Shown here piece by piece: positions 42,425-54,903 of a DNA stretch of 64,000 bases. The notes beneath the pieces are model-generated. The model was not told the origin of the DNA, ran no database searches, and was given only the letters and a program-made list of their open reading frames with translations. Both the position numbers and the translations under genes were made by a program. Position 1 is the stretch's first letter. Each line of letters opens with the position of its first letter. The DNA comes from Priapulus caudatus. Its lineage: Eukaryota. The stretch is taken from the NCBI RefSeq assembly GCF_000485595.1, contig NW_014577079.1, positions 104,366 through 168,365 on the forward strand. The letters are read 5' to 3'.

Positions 42425-42790
42425 AAAAAATTTCTTAGCCGCCACAAAGTTTGTAGACAAATAAATTCTTAGCCACCACAAACGGTTTGTGGACCCAAAA
42501 ATTCATTAGCCACCACAAACAGTTTGTGGACCAAAAAATTCCTTAGCCACCAAAAACAGTGATGGGTAGCAAAAAAATTACCAAAAACAGTTTGTGGAAC
42601 CAAAAATTACTTACCACCACAAACAGTTGTGGATGGAAAAAATTCTTAGACACCACAAACAGTTTGTGGACCAACAAATTTCTTAGCCACCACAAACAGT
42701 TTGTGGACCAAAAAATGTTTAGCTTCCAAACAATTGGTGCGCCTAAACCATTCTTAGACACCAAAGAGTTCGTGTGCCCGAAAATTTATA
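42425..42790. repeat. ~37-39-bp tandem minisatellite
   Basis: AAATTCTTAGCCACCACAAACAGTTTGTGGACC-like units, about 9 copies. Confidence 0.85.
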
Positions 42791-43048
42791 TCGAACAACA
42801 GTGCCAGCACCCAGGTTACCCTCCGATAGTACCTTGGGGGACGTAGACCCTACCCTCTCAGCCCAACTGAGTGCGTCATTTCATGGGCAACGCCGGGTGT
42901 ACTGCTAGTGCACATATATTCCTTAAACTGAATAGATTCTCTCTACACATAAAACTGTTTACTGTACGTAATAAACACTGTACTGTTCTTCCCGATGTAT
43001 TTACCCTTTATTTATTAGTTATTCGTCTTTCTTCACAATTAGTTTCAG

Positions 43049-43152
43049 ATAGACGATTACAATCGATTTGAATCATCCAGGTGGGATCAGGATAAAACGG
43101 AGAAAGAAGGGATAGGTATTAAAGCAGACATGCTTAGGGAATTACCTGACAG
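43049..43152 (+). CDS. ROCO-TIR exon 5 (Roc insert)
   Basis: Pyrimidine tract then ttag|tttcag| (acceptor giving a start at 43043 or 43049, both phase 0). IDDYNRFESSRWDQDKTEKEGIGIKADMLRELPD. Donor |gtaaat phase 2 bridges exons 4 and 6. Confidence 0.7.
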
Positions 43153-43411
43153 GTAAATTATTGACGATGTGCAATCGGCAAAGTTTGATTTAGCAAACAT
43201 TTTTCCCATGCTGAAAGTAGTTAGTTCAAAATAAATGGTGCCAAAGAAATTAAACTTGCATACGTGCATGCTTGTTGTATTCGGGAGCATGAACCAATGT
43301 TTATTGAATCAGTAAAAAATATAATTAAACATTTTATTTCTGCCCCTACTAAACCAAGCATGTACTTATGTGACACGTTATCAAGATAAAGTGATAATAA
43401 TAATAACAATA

Positions 43412-43459
<48 letters not shown>

Positions 43460-43905
43460 ATTATTATTAATAATAATGATTATAAGTAACATAATAAGGA
43501 GATGTATGCTCTTATTTCCTCTTTACAATACGTATATAGTCGTGGTAGTCGTGGCGGATAGTGAACAATGAGGCACAATATATCAAATGTACCTTGACTA
43601 ATCGATTTGTGTCAAGAAATGTGATATGCTGTGTGTTGTTGGTTTTTGTCAAACAACACGGCTGCAGGACAAATAATCTTGAATGTGGTGCAATAATAAT
43701 ATTGAGTAGGTCATATCGACCTGGATAAAATTTCCGGGAGCCCATGACTGTATTTGGAAAACGAAAGTAGCTTTTCAGATGTTCTTGTGACATTTTTCTG
43801 TTAATTTTAATATTTTGCCAAATGCCTCCTGATAATATACATTTGGATGAATTTGATAGCTCGTTGCATGTTAATGAAACTGATTTATAATTGAAATGGT
43901 TGCAG

Positions 43906-44080
43906 GGTTGTTGAGATTGTTGAAGAGATGCTTCAGGAAGGCAACAAGGACAGCAATAAATTGTTGAACGTAGATGATAATAGACAGGAGAGTGACTGTA
44001 TTCTGCCGCAGTTGTCGAAGAAACTTTTGCTAAAAATCTGGGACTTCTCTGGAGAAGCTATACATTACACCATTCAGCAA
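43906..44080 (+). CDS. ROCO-TIR exon 6: Roc switch II (G3)
   Basis: ttgcag| phase 2. ...LLLKIWDFSGEAIHYTIQQ corresponds to Roc WDFAGQxxYYxTHQ. Donor |gtaatt. Confidence 0.9.
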
Positions 44081-44626
44081 GTAATTATGTTTTACTGGTC
44101 GTTTATTAACTGCTGCAGTTAATGCAATGTATAATTTGGCATTCAGGGTAGCCCATGTATACACACTGATGTTGCTAAAATAATAACTTGATACTTGTCA
44201 GTTTCCGTTTTTGAAAGAATGTATGTCCAGACTTTTATTGAAACCATTGGATTATAGTTAACAACTTAACTTCTGCTTGTTAAGTAAAACAATGTTCATT
44301 ATCATTTGCATATATAAATGTCAGTATGTAAAAAGGGTTCCCCGTTATGAAATTTCTAGCTGGTTAGTAGCTTCTAATTAAGCAGGGTCTAAATGTGTTG
44401 TTTAACAGTTAAAGTTGTAATATTAGCAATCAGAATTCACAGCATGCGTTCAGTACATTTTAATGTTGTACTCCCGCAGCATTAAAATGAATTAATGAAG
44501 TGAGGTGGCTAATGTAAAGACACTGTATAGTTCAGGTGCAATTTGCTAGCTGGTAACATACTGGCACAAGTTGCATTCGGTTGACTGTAGTGTGCACAGG
44601 TCTAATGTCGCATGTTCTATGTTTAG

Positions 44627-44734
44627 GTGTTTCTATCAGCACGAGCAGTTTACCTGGTTGTCTTTAACCTCACCTGTGATCTTGACAAGCCTGCTGTCGT
44701 GCCGACGAGAAGGCATGTCAATGGAGAGGAAATA
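44627..44734 (+). CDS. ROCO-TIR exon 7: Roc
   Basis: gtttag| ... |gtaagt. VFLSARAVYLVVFNLTCDLDKPA matches Roc FLSxRAxYLxVFxL. Confidence 0.9.
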
Positions 44735-45361
44735 GTAAGTATTTGTTATTGTGTTATCCTCACTCGCGCACGCGGCCTCTGCATTTATAGCTAAATGGTT
44801 AGGTAATTGAAGGGCCGTACAAACTGCGTTGTATGTACGTGCGTGTACGAATATATACTCATGGGTACACCGAATCCAACCTTTGAAGTCTTGGCTGGAA
44901 CAGGGATCGTCCAGACCTATCTCACCGGAACAGAATCTCGCAATAGAGCTAGAACAAGAACTCGCCAGAGATATCTGGTTGGAACCTGAAGCTTAGCCAG
45001 AAATAGTGTTACCCGCACATGCAGTGCCATATCCTGCTAACTGACTCAGCTCAAATGAAATGGCTTATTATCTGGCACGCACATCTGTCAGGGAAGCAGG
45101 ACAATGCTCGGAATTCTAATTACAAGATGCTTGATTGCATGGTGAATCTCTAGCTTGCAGTGCAGAATCTCTGCAATAGATGCCTTTTGTAAGTATTGCT
45201 TTCGGCTACGAAAGCAAAATAATCAATTCATATACAAGGCATACCGGTATCACATATGGACATATCTGCTGTGATTGCGTGTCTGACACTTGTCACACGT
45301 CTGTCGCTCGTGTAAATTCACCGAGCATGTCGCCATTGACTGAAATCACAACTAGATGCAA

Positions 45362-46015
45362 TTTTTAGCTCACCTTGACATCGTCAAGATGAGCTATTGC
45401 CATGGGGCGTCGTCCGTCGTACGTCCGTCCGTCCATCAACATTTGGCTACGGTCACCGATAACTTGAGAACCGTTTGACCCACATGTTTCAAATTGCATA
45501 CAGTTATTACTCCTATGAGAGAGATGTGAACGTCCTTTTTTGGAGCACTCCAGTTGACCTACTTTCGAGCCATGTCCAGTTCATGTTTAGCGGATTTTGC
45601 TCATTTTAGGTATGTGAATGAATAAGGACTCGCCCCAAAACATATCACACGGGTTTTGATTTTTTATTATTTTTATGCAAATTAGGTAGATTTTGGCAAT
45701 TCCACTGCATTTTAGTGTCTGCCTACGGTCAGCGATAACTCAATAACCGTTTGACCCACGTGTTTCAAATTGCATACAGTTGTTACTCCTATGGGAGAGA
45801 TTTGAACGTCTTATTTTGGAGCACACCAGTTGACCTACTTTCGAGCCACGCCCACTTTTTGGCAAAAATGGAAATGGCCATTAAGTCGTCAGTTCAGGTT
45901 CAACGAATTTTGCTCATTTTTGGTATGTGAATGAATAAGGACTGGCCCCAAAACATATCACACTGGTTTTGATATTTTTTAGAAATTATGCAAATTAGGT
46001 AGATTTTGACAATAT
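45362..46015 (+). mobile_element. HINE-like element, family B, second copy
   Basis: TTTTTAGCTCACCTTGACATCGTCAAGATGAGCTA hairpin, (CGTC)n, and two ~300-bp cores homologous to 9040-9922. Confidence 0.6.
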
Positions 46016-46419
46016 ATATGGCCTATCTAACCCTGAAACAAAACAGTGAAATTTCTGTTACTATAAAACAGGGAATAAGGACATTTAATCACATTTCGGT
46101 CCGTCATAAATGAAACACTTACCAAATTTTAAATATCATCTTCCTCTTCTATCACACCCAAGGTGAGCTATAGTGTCATTGACACTTTCATTAAGTTAAT
46201 ATCGTTTCACGTAGCATGGGCATACTACTTAAAAGTTTTTTTTCCAAAAGTACAATCTTTTCATGTAGTTCAACATATTATTTATATGGGGTTGACTGTT
46301 ATTCGTTACAAATTACTTGAAATAGTTGCACAGGAAGGCGCTTAAATATGTGAGAGTCTATTTAAGTATCCTCTATGGCATTCAGATAGAGATTCTGGAA
46401 CGTGGTATGTATACAGTGG

Positions 46420-46488
<69 letters not shown>

Positions 46489-48096
46489 GTGTGTGGCGTT
46501 GCGTGCGTGCGAGGCGTGCGTGCGTGCGGCTGCGCGCGCGTGCGTGCTGCGTGCGTGTCGTGCGTGGTCGTCGCGTTGCGTGCGTTGCGTGCGTGTGTGT
46601 GGGCGCGCGCGCGCGTTCGTGTGTTTGCGCGCGTGTGTGTGTTGGTTGCGCACATTCAATCTCATTGTACGAAAAATATGCCATGCATTGTAATTGGTTG
46701 CGTATACTTCCAACGTACACACGACACAAAACATTATTTGCTAGAAATACATAAATCATTTGCAGGGCTCCCTTAATCGATAGCATGCGTGCCTGGATCT
46801 CGGAGCATATATTTTTCACTGTAGCAACTTAGAGTACACTCCATGTAGCTGTCATGCAGGTTCATGGTATGAGTGTCGGAGTGTTATCAGTATACCATTT
46901 ATGGTTGCACAGGAAAGTAATAATGAATGCTGTTTAAAAAATTCGCCCTAAAAATTCATAATTTCGTGGTAAAAATGGGTTTGAATTGACGCAACCTTGA
47001 GCAATTCCATATGTCTATCAGCATATGTTGGTACTAATGTCGTGGTTACGAATTAACACACAACCTTAAACTATAAATTATTTTCTGATTTAATGCTCAC
47101 TTTGTAAACCTTTACTGGATTGTATTTTTAACTGGTGGTAATATTTTGGACTTGCGAGATTTTTTTCTGAAGTTATAGGTCTATGTTAGGATTACCAAAC
47201 TGTGCTCCTCAGGTCTCGACATATTTGGTCGTGACAATTTTCTATTGAGCTTGTACGTGGGCGTTGTTAATTAGTTTGTGATATTTACGTTGCATATGCC
47301 TACTAATTTTTTTAGTGCCTTAAAAATTGAGCTATTATTTGCACACGAAGAATGTACTGTTTTCACGTGATTGACGTTAAAAAACACCTATTGTATTGAC
47401 GCTGTTCAGAGACTGCTGGCGTTATGAAATTACACGTCCACGTGTACACAAGGAGGACATTACTCATTTTAATTCGTTGTGTGTAAATATGCCGAATGCA
47501 CGCGTCTTTCTCGTACATATCAGTTTTCTGCGAGCTGAGTGCATCACGCGACGATAGCACGAGTTGCTCGTACGTGCGTCACTCAGAATCCGGGACAGAC
47601 GTTTTCTTCTTACGTACTCTCGTGTCTCTCTTCTCTCTTGTCACGAGTTGATGCGTCAGTACATGACGTGATCACGACAGACGCTCGCTTCTGTGTATAT
47701 ATGTATATGTAATTATGTATCTGTATATGTATATGTATATGTATATATGTATATGGATATGGATATGGATATGTATCTGTATCTGTATCTGTGACGCGTA
47801 CACACGCACGCACGCACGCATGCACACACACACACGCTTTATTTATGGTGCTCAGAAACAGAGAATGTCACGTGTGATACATACAAATCAATAAATAACT
47901 TGTAATCGAATTTTAATATTATATAAAAAGAAACGAAACAAAGGATATACAACGACAATGCCCATGCACTGCTTGAAATTTACCATCTTAATCTTAATCC
48001 TAATCCTATCTTTAATCTCCCTGCCTCCCCCTCTCTCTTTACTCGGCTAGAGCCCTGCAAGATAGTCGCTCTTAAACTCAATCCTAGCGCTGTCTT

Positions 48097-48140
<44 letters not shown>

Positions 48141-48147
48141 GGGGCAG

Positions 48148-48339
48148 CTCGGCGAAGAGGCAAGCGAGCTGAGCAACCTTGACGCGCTCTGCTTCTGGCT
48201 GCACGCGATCCACGTGAGCGCGTCGCGGGCCGACGCCGCGCGCGCCGCCGCCGCAGCCGAGGCGTACAGCCCGCCTGCTATCATCGTCGGCACGCACCGT
48301 CGCCAGCTCGCTGACACGGAGGTCGCCCGATGCAACCTG
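48148..48339 (+). CDS. ROCO-TIR exon 8: Roc G4 region
   Basis: gggcag| ... |gtgagc. SNLDALCFWLHAIH...SPPAIIVGTHRRQL corresponds to Roc L.FWL.SI...PP.IIVGTH.D. Confidence 0.9.
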
Positions 48340-48846
48340 GTGAGCAACCGGCCGCCGCTGGTGGGGGTGGAGTGGTCGAGATGGTGTGCAGTTAATAAAG
48401 GGGGCGTGGCATGGACAACTATATTTATTTATTTTTCTGAAATTTTCTGTTTATTTTTCTCACTGCAGACGTTGTGCAGTAATTAAGGTGTGTAGAGGTG
48501 TGCAAAAAAAAGAATAAATAAATATATAAATAAATAAATAAATGTGTATATATATATATTTATTTTTATTTTCTTACTGATGCTTGATTTTCGAAAACTT
48601 GATTTGAATGTGGTATTTTTCAATGTATATGATATATTAATGAGTGATATGTGGGTGGTACTGCATTGTGCATTAAGATACGCTTAAATGTGGGTGAACA
48701 AGCACCATCGTGTAATCGCATGTAGAAATACTTGCATGGCTGCTGGCTGGTAATTTCAACCTTCGTATTAAAGATTGAAGGTTATTTCGAAGGGGAAAAT
48801 TATGCACATGCAGTCACTATCGCTAATGCATGCAATGTTTGAATAG

Positions 48847-48960
48847 GTTGAACAGAAATTCAAGAGAATACGAGAGCAGATACGTGACAAGCCTTATGCC
48901 AAGCATGTGATCAATACCTTCTTTGACATTGACATCTGCGATGAAATAGACGATCTAATG
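48847..48960 (+). CDS. ROCO-TIR exon 9: end of Roc (G5 region)
   Basis: gaatag| ... |gtaagt, phase 0/0. VEQKFKRIREQIRDKPYAKHVINTFFDIDICDEIDDLM. Confidence 0.85.
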
Positions 48961-50559
48961 GTAAGTTATTTATTCTTATTTTGTCATTTTATGTAAATTT
49001 TTTGTTTCATTTAGCTTAGTCGCCATTGGTGATGCTCTATCAAACAGTTTCTACACGGCTTCCTGAACGTGTTGTATCATGATTGTGTATACCAACAACG
49101 CAGAGAATATAGGATTATTTGCATATTTTTATGATGTGAAAATACATGATGAGACTTGGCTATAGTTATTGAACCACCTTTTTGCAACTAAGAAAGCGTG
49201 GTTTTTTTTAGCTTCACTCTCTATCTATATCTATCTCTCGGATTACCTGATGGCGCACGTAGACATTGTTATCGGCTTGTTACAATCTATAGCTACAGAC
49301 GTATAGCTATAGAGGGATCATTATTCGGCTTCAGTTGTCCATGTCTGTCGTGTAAGCTGCTTGCATGCAGCAGCGCAGCACGTAACTGACGTGCGTTATT
49401 CATTCTAACCCGTTAACCATCACGTGTGCGCAAGCATATATGGCATGAAAAAATCTCAACATGCAGTTACACGCAAACATATATTATATTGCTAGATATT
49501 ACACGTTTTACAAACATGTTTCGTATATAATTTCGTATAAATAATACATATTTATTATATAATATTACAAATTTATAGCAATATTTTCCGTCATAAATGC
49601 TGTTTAGATTAACGTTTATTGTGTCGAAAAAAAGTTTAAATATAATGCTTTAGTATTTACAAATTGTTGTTATCAGCTAGCCTTTGTATTAAAATGGTCA
49701 TGTTCAGTATTTTGCAATTAACATATAAAACCCTTTTCAATATCTACAATAATGTTATAATTATATAGTTGCTTATATTAATAACTATTATTATTGATTA
49801 TATATATATTATAGTTATAATTGCAATATAGAAATATATTAAATATATTGTTAGCTACTTATATGATTCAAGACATGCCAATGTCCAAATGCCAAATGCC
49901 ATATGCCATATGCCAAATGCCAATGTTCAAATTTCCCAGCAGACAGACACCTATTTATTTATAATCTGTGCTCCAGTAAAGTGCACCTGTAAATCAAGTC
50001 GTGGTTTCTTTGCATGTTGAATAAATAAATTACCATTAAGAACGTGAGACTAGAATCAGGCCGTATACAAACCTGTGTCGATGCTATACTTGTCATATAC
50101 ACATATTCAGTAGAATGTTATCAATAATATCGTTCTGCATGGTGACATGGTCAATCTTTTAGTTAGTGATTTCACTGATGTTAATTAATCGATATATCAG
50201 CTAGGTAGTGTAAGTAATGTTCTCATTAGTGCTTTTCTGCAATGTTGCTCTTTCTCGTAGCTTCCAGTACACTAGCTTTTCTGATGCGCATTATTATTCA
50301 CTGCTGTTATGGTAGCGTTATGGAGTAGGTCAGGGTGTACCTCCATCATCCTATATATCGTCTCACATCACTGCGCTTTCGTAATGACAGGGGGCACCAC
50401 GGCAGTCTGTAGCTGCCTCGCGCTGCTACGCGCGTGTGATTGCAGCTGAGGGGAGCGGTTAGCATTTCCTCCAGCAGCCTATAGTTGCCTGCGTCGCTGT
50501 ACTGTCGCGAGGCAGTCATTAGCCGCCTCCCGCGTCGCCGTACACTTGTGATGGCTGCA

Positions 50560-51090
50560 AGGTGAGGCTGTCGTCAGTGCTGTCAATATCTTTCTATATA
50601 CCCCTGCGCTCCTACGATAACAGAGGGTGCTACAGTCAACACCTCCCTCCTGCATTGCTGCGATCGCAGTTAGGGGAAGCTGTCTTCGGTGCCTTCAATA
50701 TCCTCCAATGCACCCCTGCGCTCCTACGATAACAGAGGGTGCTACAGTCAACACCTCCCGCCTGCATTGCTGCGATCGCAGTTAGGGGAAGCTGTCTTCG
50801 GTGCCTTCAACATCCTCCAATGCACCCCTGCGCTCTTACGATAACAGAGGGTGCTAGTCTACACCTGCCGCCTGCATTGCTGCGATCGCAGTTAGGGGAA
50901 GCTGTCTTCGGTGCCTTCAATATCCTCCAATGCACCCCTGCGCTCCTACGATAACAGAGGGGGCTACAGTCAACACCTCCCGCCTGCATTGCTGCGATCG
51001 CAGTTAGGGGAAGCTGTCTTCGGTGCCTTCAATATCCTCCAATGCACCCCTGCGCTCCTACGATAACAGAGGGTGTTACAACTTTTACCT
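50560..51090. repeat. ~112-bp tandem minisatellite, about 4.5 copies
   Basis: TGCACCCCTGCGCTC recurs at 50709, 50821, 50931 and 51043. Confidence 0.9.
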
Positions 51091-51134
51091 CCCGCCTTGC
51101 GCCTCACGCTGTGCGACAGACGGCACTGCCCACC

Positions 51135-51490
51135 TCACACCGCCAGGAACACGTTGGGCACGGAGAAGTCGAGTTTGAGCTTGCGGCTCTCCGGGTCGCC
51201 GGGCCGTGCGATCGTGATCTCGCCGACCAGCACGACGGTGGCGACGTTGTCGAGCACGAGCTGGTAGGTGCCAGGCAGCAGCACTTCGTTGTGCTTGACG
51301 TGGCAGGCGAAGCGGCCGCTCCACGGCGCGCTCGGCTTGCCCGGCAGCAGGATGCGGTAGCTGTGCTGGAACGTGCAGCGCAGGCGGCCGCCGCCGACGT
51401 CTACGGCGGCGCCCCCGCGCGCGCCGTCCCAGTGCACGGGCAGCACCGGGTGCTCGCTGTGCCGCGCGGCCTGCGGGGCCTCGCTCAGAC
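51135..51490 (-). CDS. Nested antisense gene, terminal exon (unknown protein)
   Basis: Minus-strand (CT)n-cgctgcag| acceptor, phase 1, GC3-rich codons. GLSEAPQAARHSEHPVLPVHWDG...RLRCTFQHSYRILLPGKPSAPWSGRFACHVKHNEVLLPGTYQLVLDNV...KLDFSVPNVFLAV*. Confidence 0.8.
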
Positions 51491-52583
51491 CTGCAGCGAG
51501 AGAGAGAGAGAGAGATGAGTGTGATATTCCGTAACTTGCTGCTACTAACTTACTTAACTACACAGATCTAATCGTCTAATGGCCATCCTTCGACGGTAAC
51601 TGTTGCTAGGTCGATGAAGATAGACGAGTGTGTACGTGTCTTTCACGCTAATGTAATGATTTTTGATTTGAAATTAATGCCAATTTGGCAACTTTGAGCC
51701 ACTTTGTTGCCAGGCAGCGTTTTTCGAATGCCCCCATCGCAAGAACGATTGTGTAGCAATATCTGTCAGTCACTCAGGAAGATAGGTGAATTCTCTTTAC
51801 GTATTATGGATTGTAAGGCTTGCACATGCCTCAGGCGCGTGTTATGTTACGTACACTAGCTGCGGTCATTAATTTACGGCATGAACACATGTATGGAGTA
51901 TAGATATATGTTTGTATGACTAGCCGTCGAGATCATGTTTAGAGGTGACCTATTGCAGCTTCTGTGCGAGCGCACTCGCACGCCATGATTGTAGGTCGCG
52001 CACGGCGTTAATTTGTCTCCTGCACACGTTGCTATATGCATTGATCATACACCCATTATTTACTATGGAGACGATGCGCATGTCTGTCTTATAGAGGTCG
52101 GGGGGCATCTTTAGAAAAATTTTAGTCGTAATATTAGTCTCAGTCGTGTGTTTTTCTATGGGTTATAGAAGTACTAATCATTATCGTAGAGCTACACCGA
52201 TGTTTTACGACAACGCCCCCATTGACGTTTAGAGGTGACGGTATCGTGTTTCTGTGAGCGCAAGCGCATCACTATAGTGTAGGTATTGCACATCGTTTGT
52301 TGCGTGCAAGCGTGATTGTTGCATCAACCACACATATATATATATGCTCATTTGTACCACAACTATGTTGACAAAACTTTCTATAGTCACAATTCAACGT
52401 GTGATTATCGATCGTCGCTCCTTTTATGCTGCGATTACTCGACAATAGAGTCGTGATGAATAATGAAATTTTAATGAATTGCGTAATAACAATACGTATC
52501 GTCAATTTTCCGCGCTAACCGTCGATGGCCGCAGCGAATGCGGAACGAGAGTGGGCGAGTGATTGTTATGTATATATACGTAC

Positions 52584-52940
52584 CGGCGGGAAGAGAGATG
52601 TCAAGCCAGGTTGTCTCCGTTGGTGTGCGGTCTTCAGGGTCCGGCTCTATGCTCAGCGTGTACTTGTTGCCGCCGCCCTCTCCCTTGACCACGGTCAGTC
52701 TGTTGTCACCGGGCAGCTTCGCCTTGTTCCACATGATGGTGACCGGCACTTTCGTCAGAGATTCGTCGAGATTGTACTCGGGACGCTCCGCTGTCTCGGC
52801 GGTGGCGCCATCTTGAGGCTGCTCTGTCGCGTCGGGCATCTCGCCCTCGGACAGTATGACCTCGATGATCTCTTCAAAGTCGACGTCGAAGTAGTATTCG
52901 AGGCTGAGTACTGATGGAATGTTCTGCGCAACGTCTCTAC
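52584..52940 (-). CDS. Nested antisense gene, exon 2
   Basis: ctcgcag| ... |gtacgt, phase 1/1, 357 nt open. RDVAQNIPSVLSLEYYFDVDFEEIIEVILSEGEMPD...KVPVTIMWNKAKLPGDNRLTVVKG...TWLDISLPA. Confidence 0.8.
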
Positions 52941-52961
52941 CTGCGAGCGTAATAGTGACAT

Positions 52962-54320
52962 TTTATAGACTCCTGTATATACTGCTGTAATATAGACTCC
53001 TGTATATACTGCTGTAATATAGACTGCTGTATACTCCTGTAATATAGACTGCTGTATATACTGCTGTAATATAGACTGCTGTATACTCCTGTAATATAGA
53101 CTCCTGTATATACTCCTGTAATATAGACTGCTGTATACTCCTGTAATATAGACTGCTGTATACTCCTGTAATATAGACTGCTGTATACTCCTGTAATATA
53201 GACTCCTNNNNNNNNNNNNNNNNNNNNNNNNNNNNNNNNNNNNNNNNNNNNNNNNNNNNNNNNNNNNNNNNNNNNNNNNNNNNNNNNNNNNNNNNNNNNN
53301 NNNNNNNNNNNNNNNNNNNNNNNNNNNNNNNNNNNNNNNNNNNNNNNNNNNNNNNNNNNNNNNNNNNNNNNNNNNNNNNNNNNNNNNNNNNNNNNNNNNN
53401 NNNNNNNNNNNNNNNNNNNNNNNNNNNNNNNNNNNNNNNNNNNNNNNNNNNNNNNNNNNNNNNNNNNNNNNNNNNNNNNNNNNNNNNNNNNNNNNNNNNN
53501 NNNNNNNNNNNNNNNNNNNNNNNNNNNNNNNNNNNNNNNNNNNNNNNNNNNNNNNNNNNNNNNNNNNNNNNNNNNNNNNNNNNNNNNNNNNNNNNNNNNN
53601 NNNNNNNNNNNNNNNNNNNNNNNNNNACTCCTGTAATATAGACTGCTGTATATACTGCTGTATACTCCTGTAATATAGACTGCTGTATACTCCTGTAATA
53701 TAGACTGCTGTATACTCCTGTAATATAGACTGCTGTATATACTGCTGTATACGCCTGTAATATAGACTGCTGTATACTCCTGTAATATAGACTGCTGTAT
53801 ATACTGCTGTAATATAGACTCCTGTATATACTTCTGTAATAAAGACTGCTGTAATATAGACTGCTGTATACGCCTGTAATATAGACTGCTGTATACTCCT
53901 GTAATATAGACTGCTGTATACGCCTGTAATATAGACTGCTGTATACTCCTGTATATACGCCTGTAATATAGACTGCTGTATACTCCTGTATATACGCCTG
54001 TAATATAGACTGCTGTATACTCCTGTATATACGCCTGTAATATAGACTGCTGTATATACTGCTGTAATATAGACTGCTGTATACTCCTGTAATATAGACT
54101 GCTGTATACGCCTGTAATATAGACTGCTGTATACTCCTGTAATATAGACTGCTGTATATACTGCTGTATACTCCTGTATATACGCCTGTAATATAGACTG
54201 CTGTATACGCCTGTAATATAGGCTGCTGTATACGCCTGTAATATAGACTGCTGTATACGCCTGTAATATAGACTCCGGTATACTCCTGTAATATAGACTC
54301 CTCTATATTATACACTCCTG
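52962..54320. repeat. ~25-bp satellite (CTGTAATATAGACTGCTGTATACTC)n spanning an N-gap
   Basis: Directly visible tandem array inside intron 1 of the nested gene. Confidence 0.95.
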
Positions 54321-54854
54321 ATATCGTCGCAAACATTTTCCGCCGTAACCGTGGATGGTTCTATGTAGCGAATGCTGAACGGCGTGTGGGTGGTGGGGGG
54401 GGGGATGGGACGTGTAAGGCAAAACAGTATTCGAGGCTACGTACGCTCTGGGGTAATATTCTGTGCAACGTTTCTATACCTGCTATGCGAAAAGGTTACC
54501 TCGTGAAAGCGTACATTTGAATTAAAAGCTGTACAAAACAAGGGCACTCGTGAGGCCTTTCCCCCACGTCTGTGGGTGAATAAATACACTGACATTTTCG
54601 TGATACGTGGGAGTATGTAAAAGGGTTTTCAGAAATTTCGTGTTAAATTGCTATTTGAGTGCGCAGGTAGAGTGGTGACAGGTCATAAATGCTGTAATTT
54701 TAACAGCGTGTTCAATTCCATATGAAAGTTGGTACACATTCTTTCATATGTCACACGAATGGCTAGCAGTAATTAATTGTGAACTGCGTCAAAATGTGCA
54801 CCGTTTTACAAACACTTCTTATGTAATCTGAGAAGTAAACAATGAGTTTCTTAC

Positions 54855-54903
54855 CATATCGTCTCATGTAGTTGACCGAACGCTTGCTAAATTTGCCTCC
54901 CAT
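54855..54903 (-). CDS. Nested antisense gene, first coding exon (N-myristoylation-like start)
   Basis: gaaATGG context. MGGKFSKRSVNYMRRY followed by G|GTAAGA donor, phase 1, matching exon 2. Confidence 0.65.

Noticed and set aside
50560..51090. CRISPR-like appearance of regular repeats (also 42425-42790 and 56703-57015)
   Set aside because: Contiguous tandem units without unique spacers, no cas genes, and a eukaryotic context.
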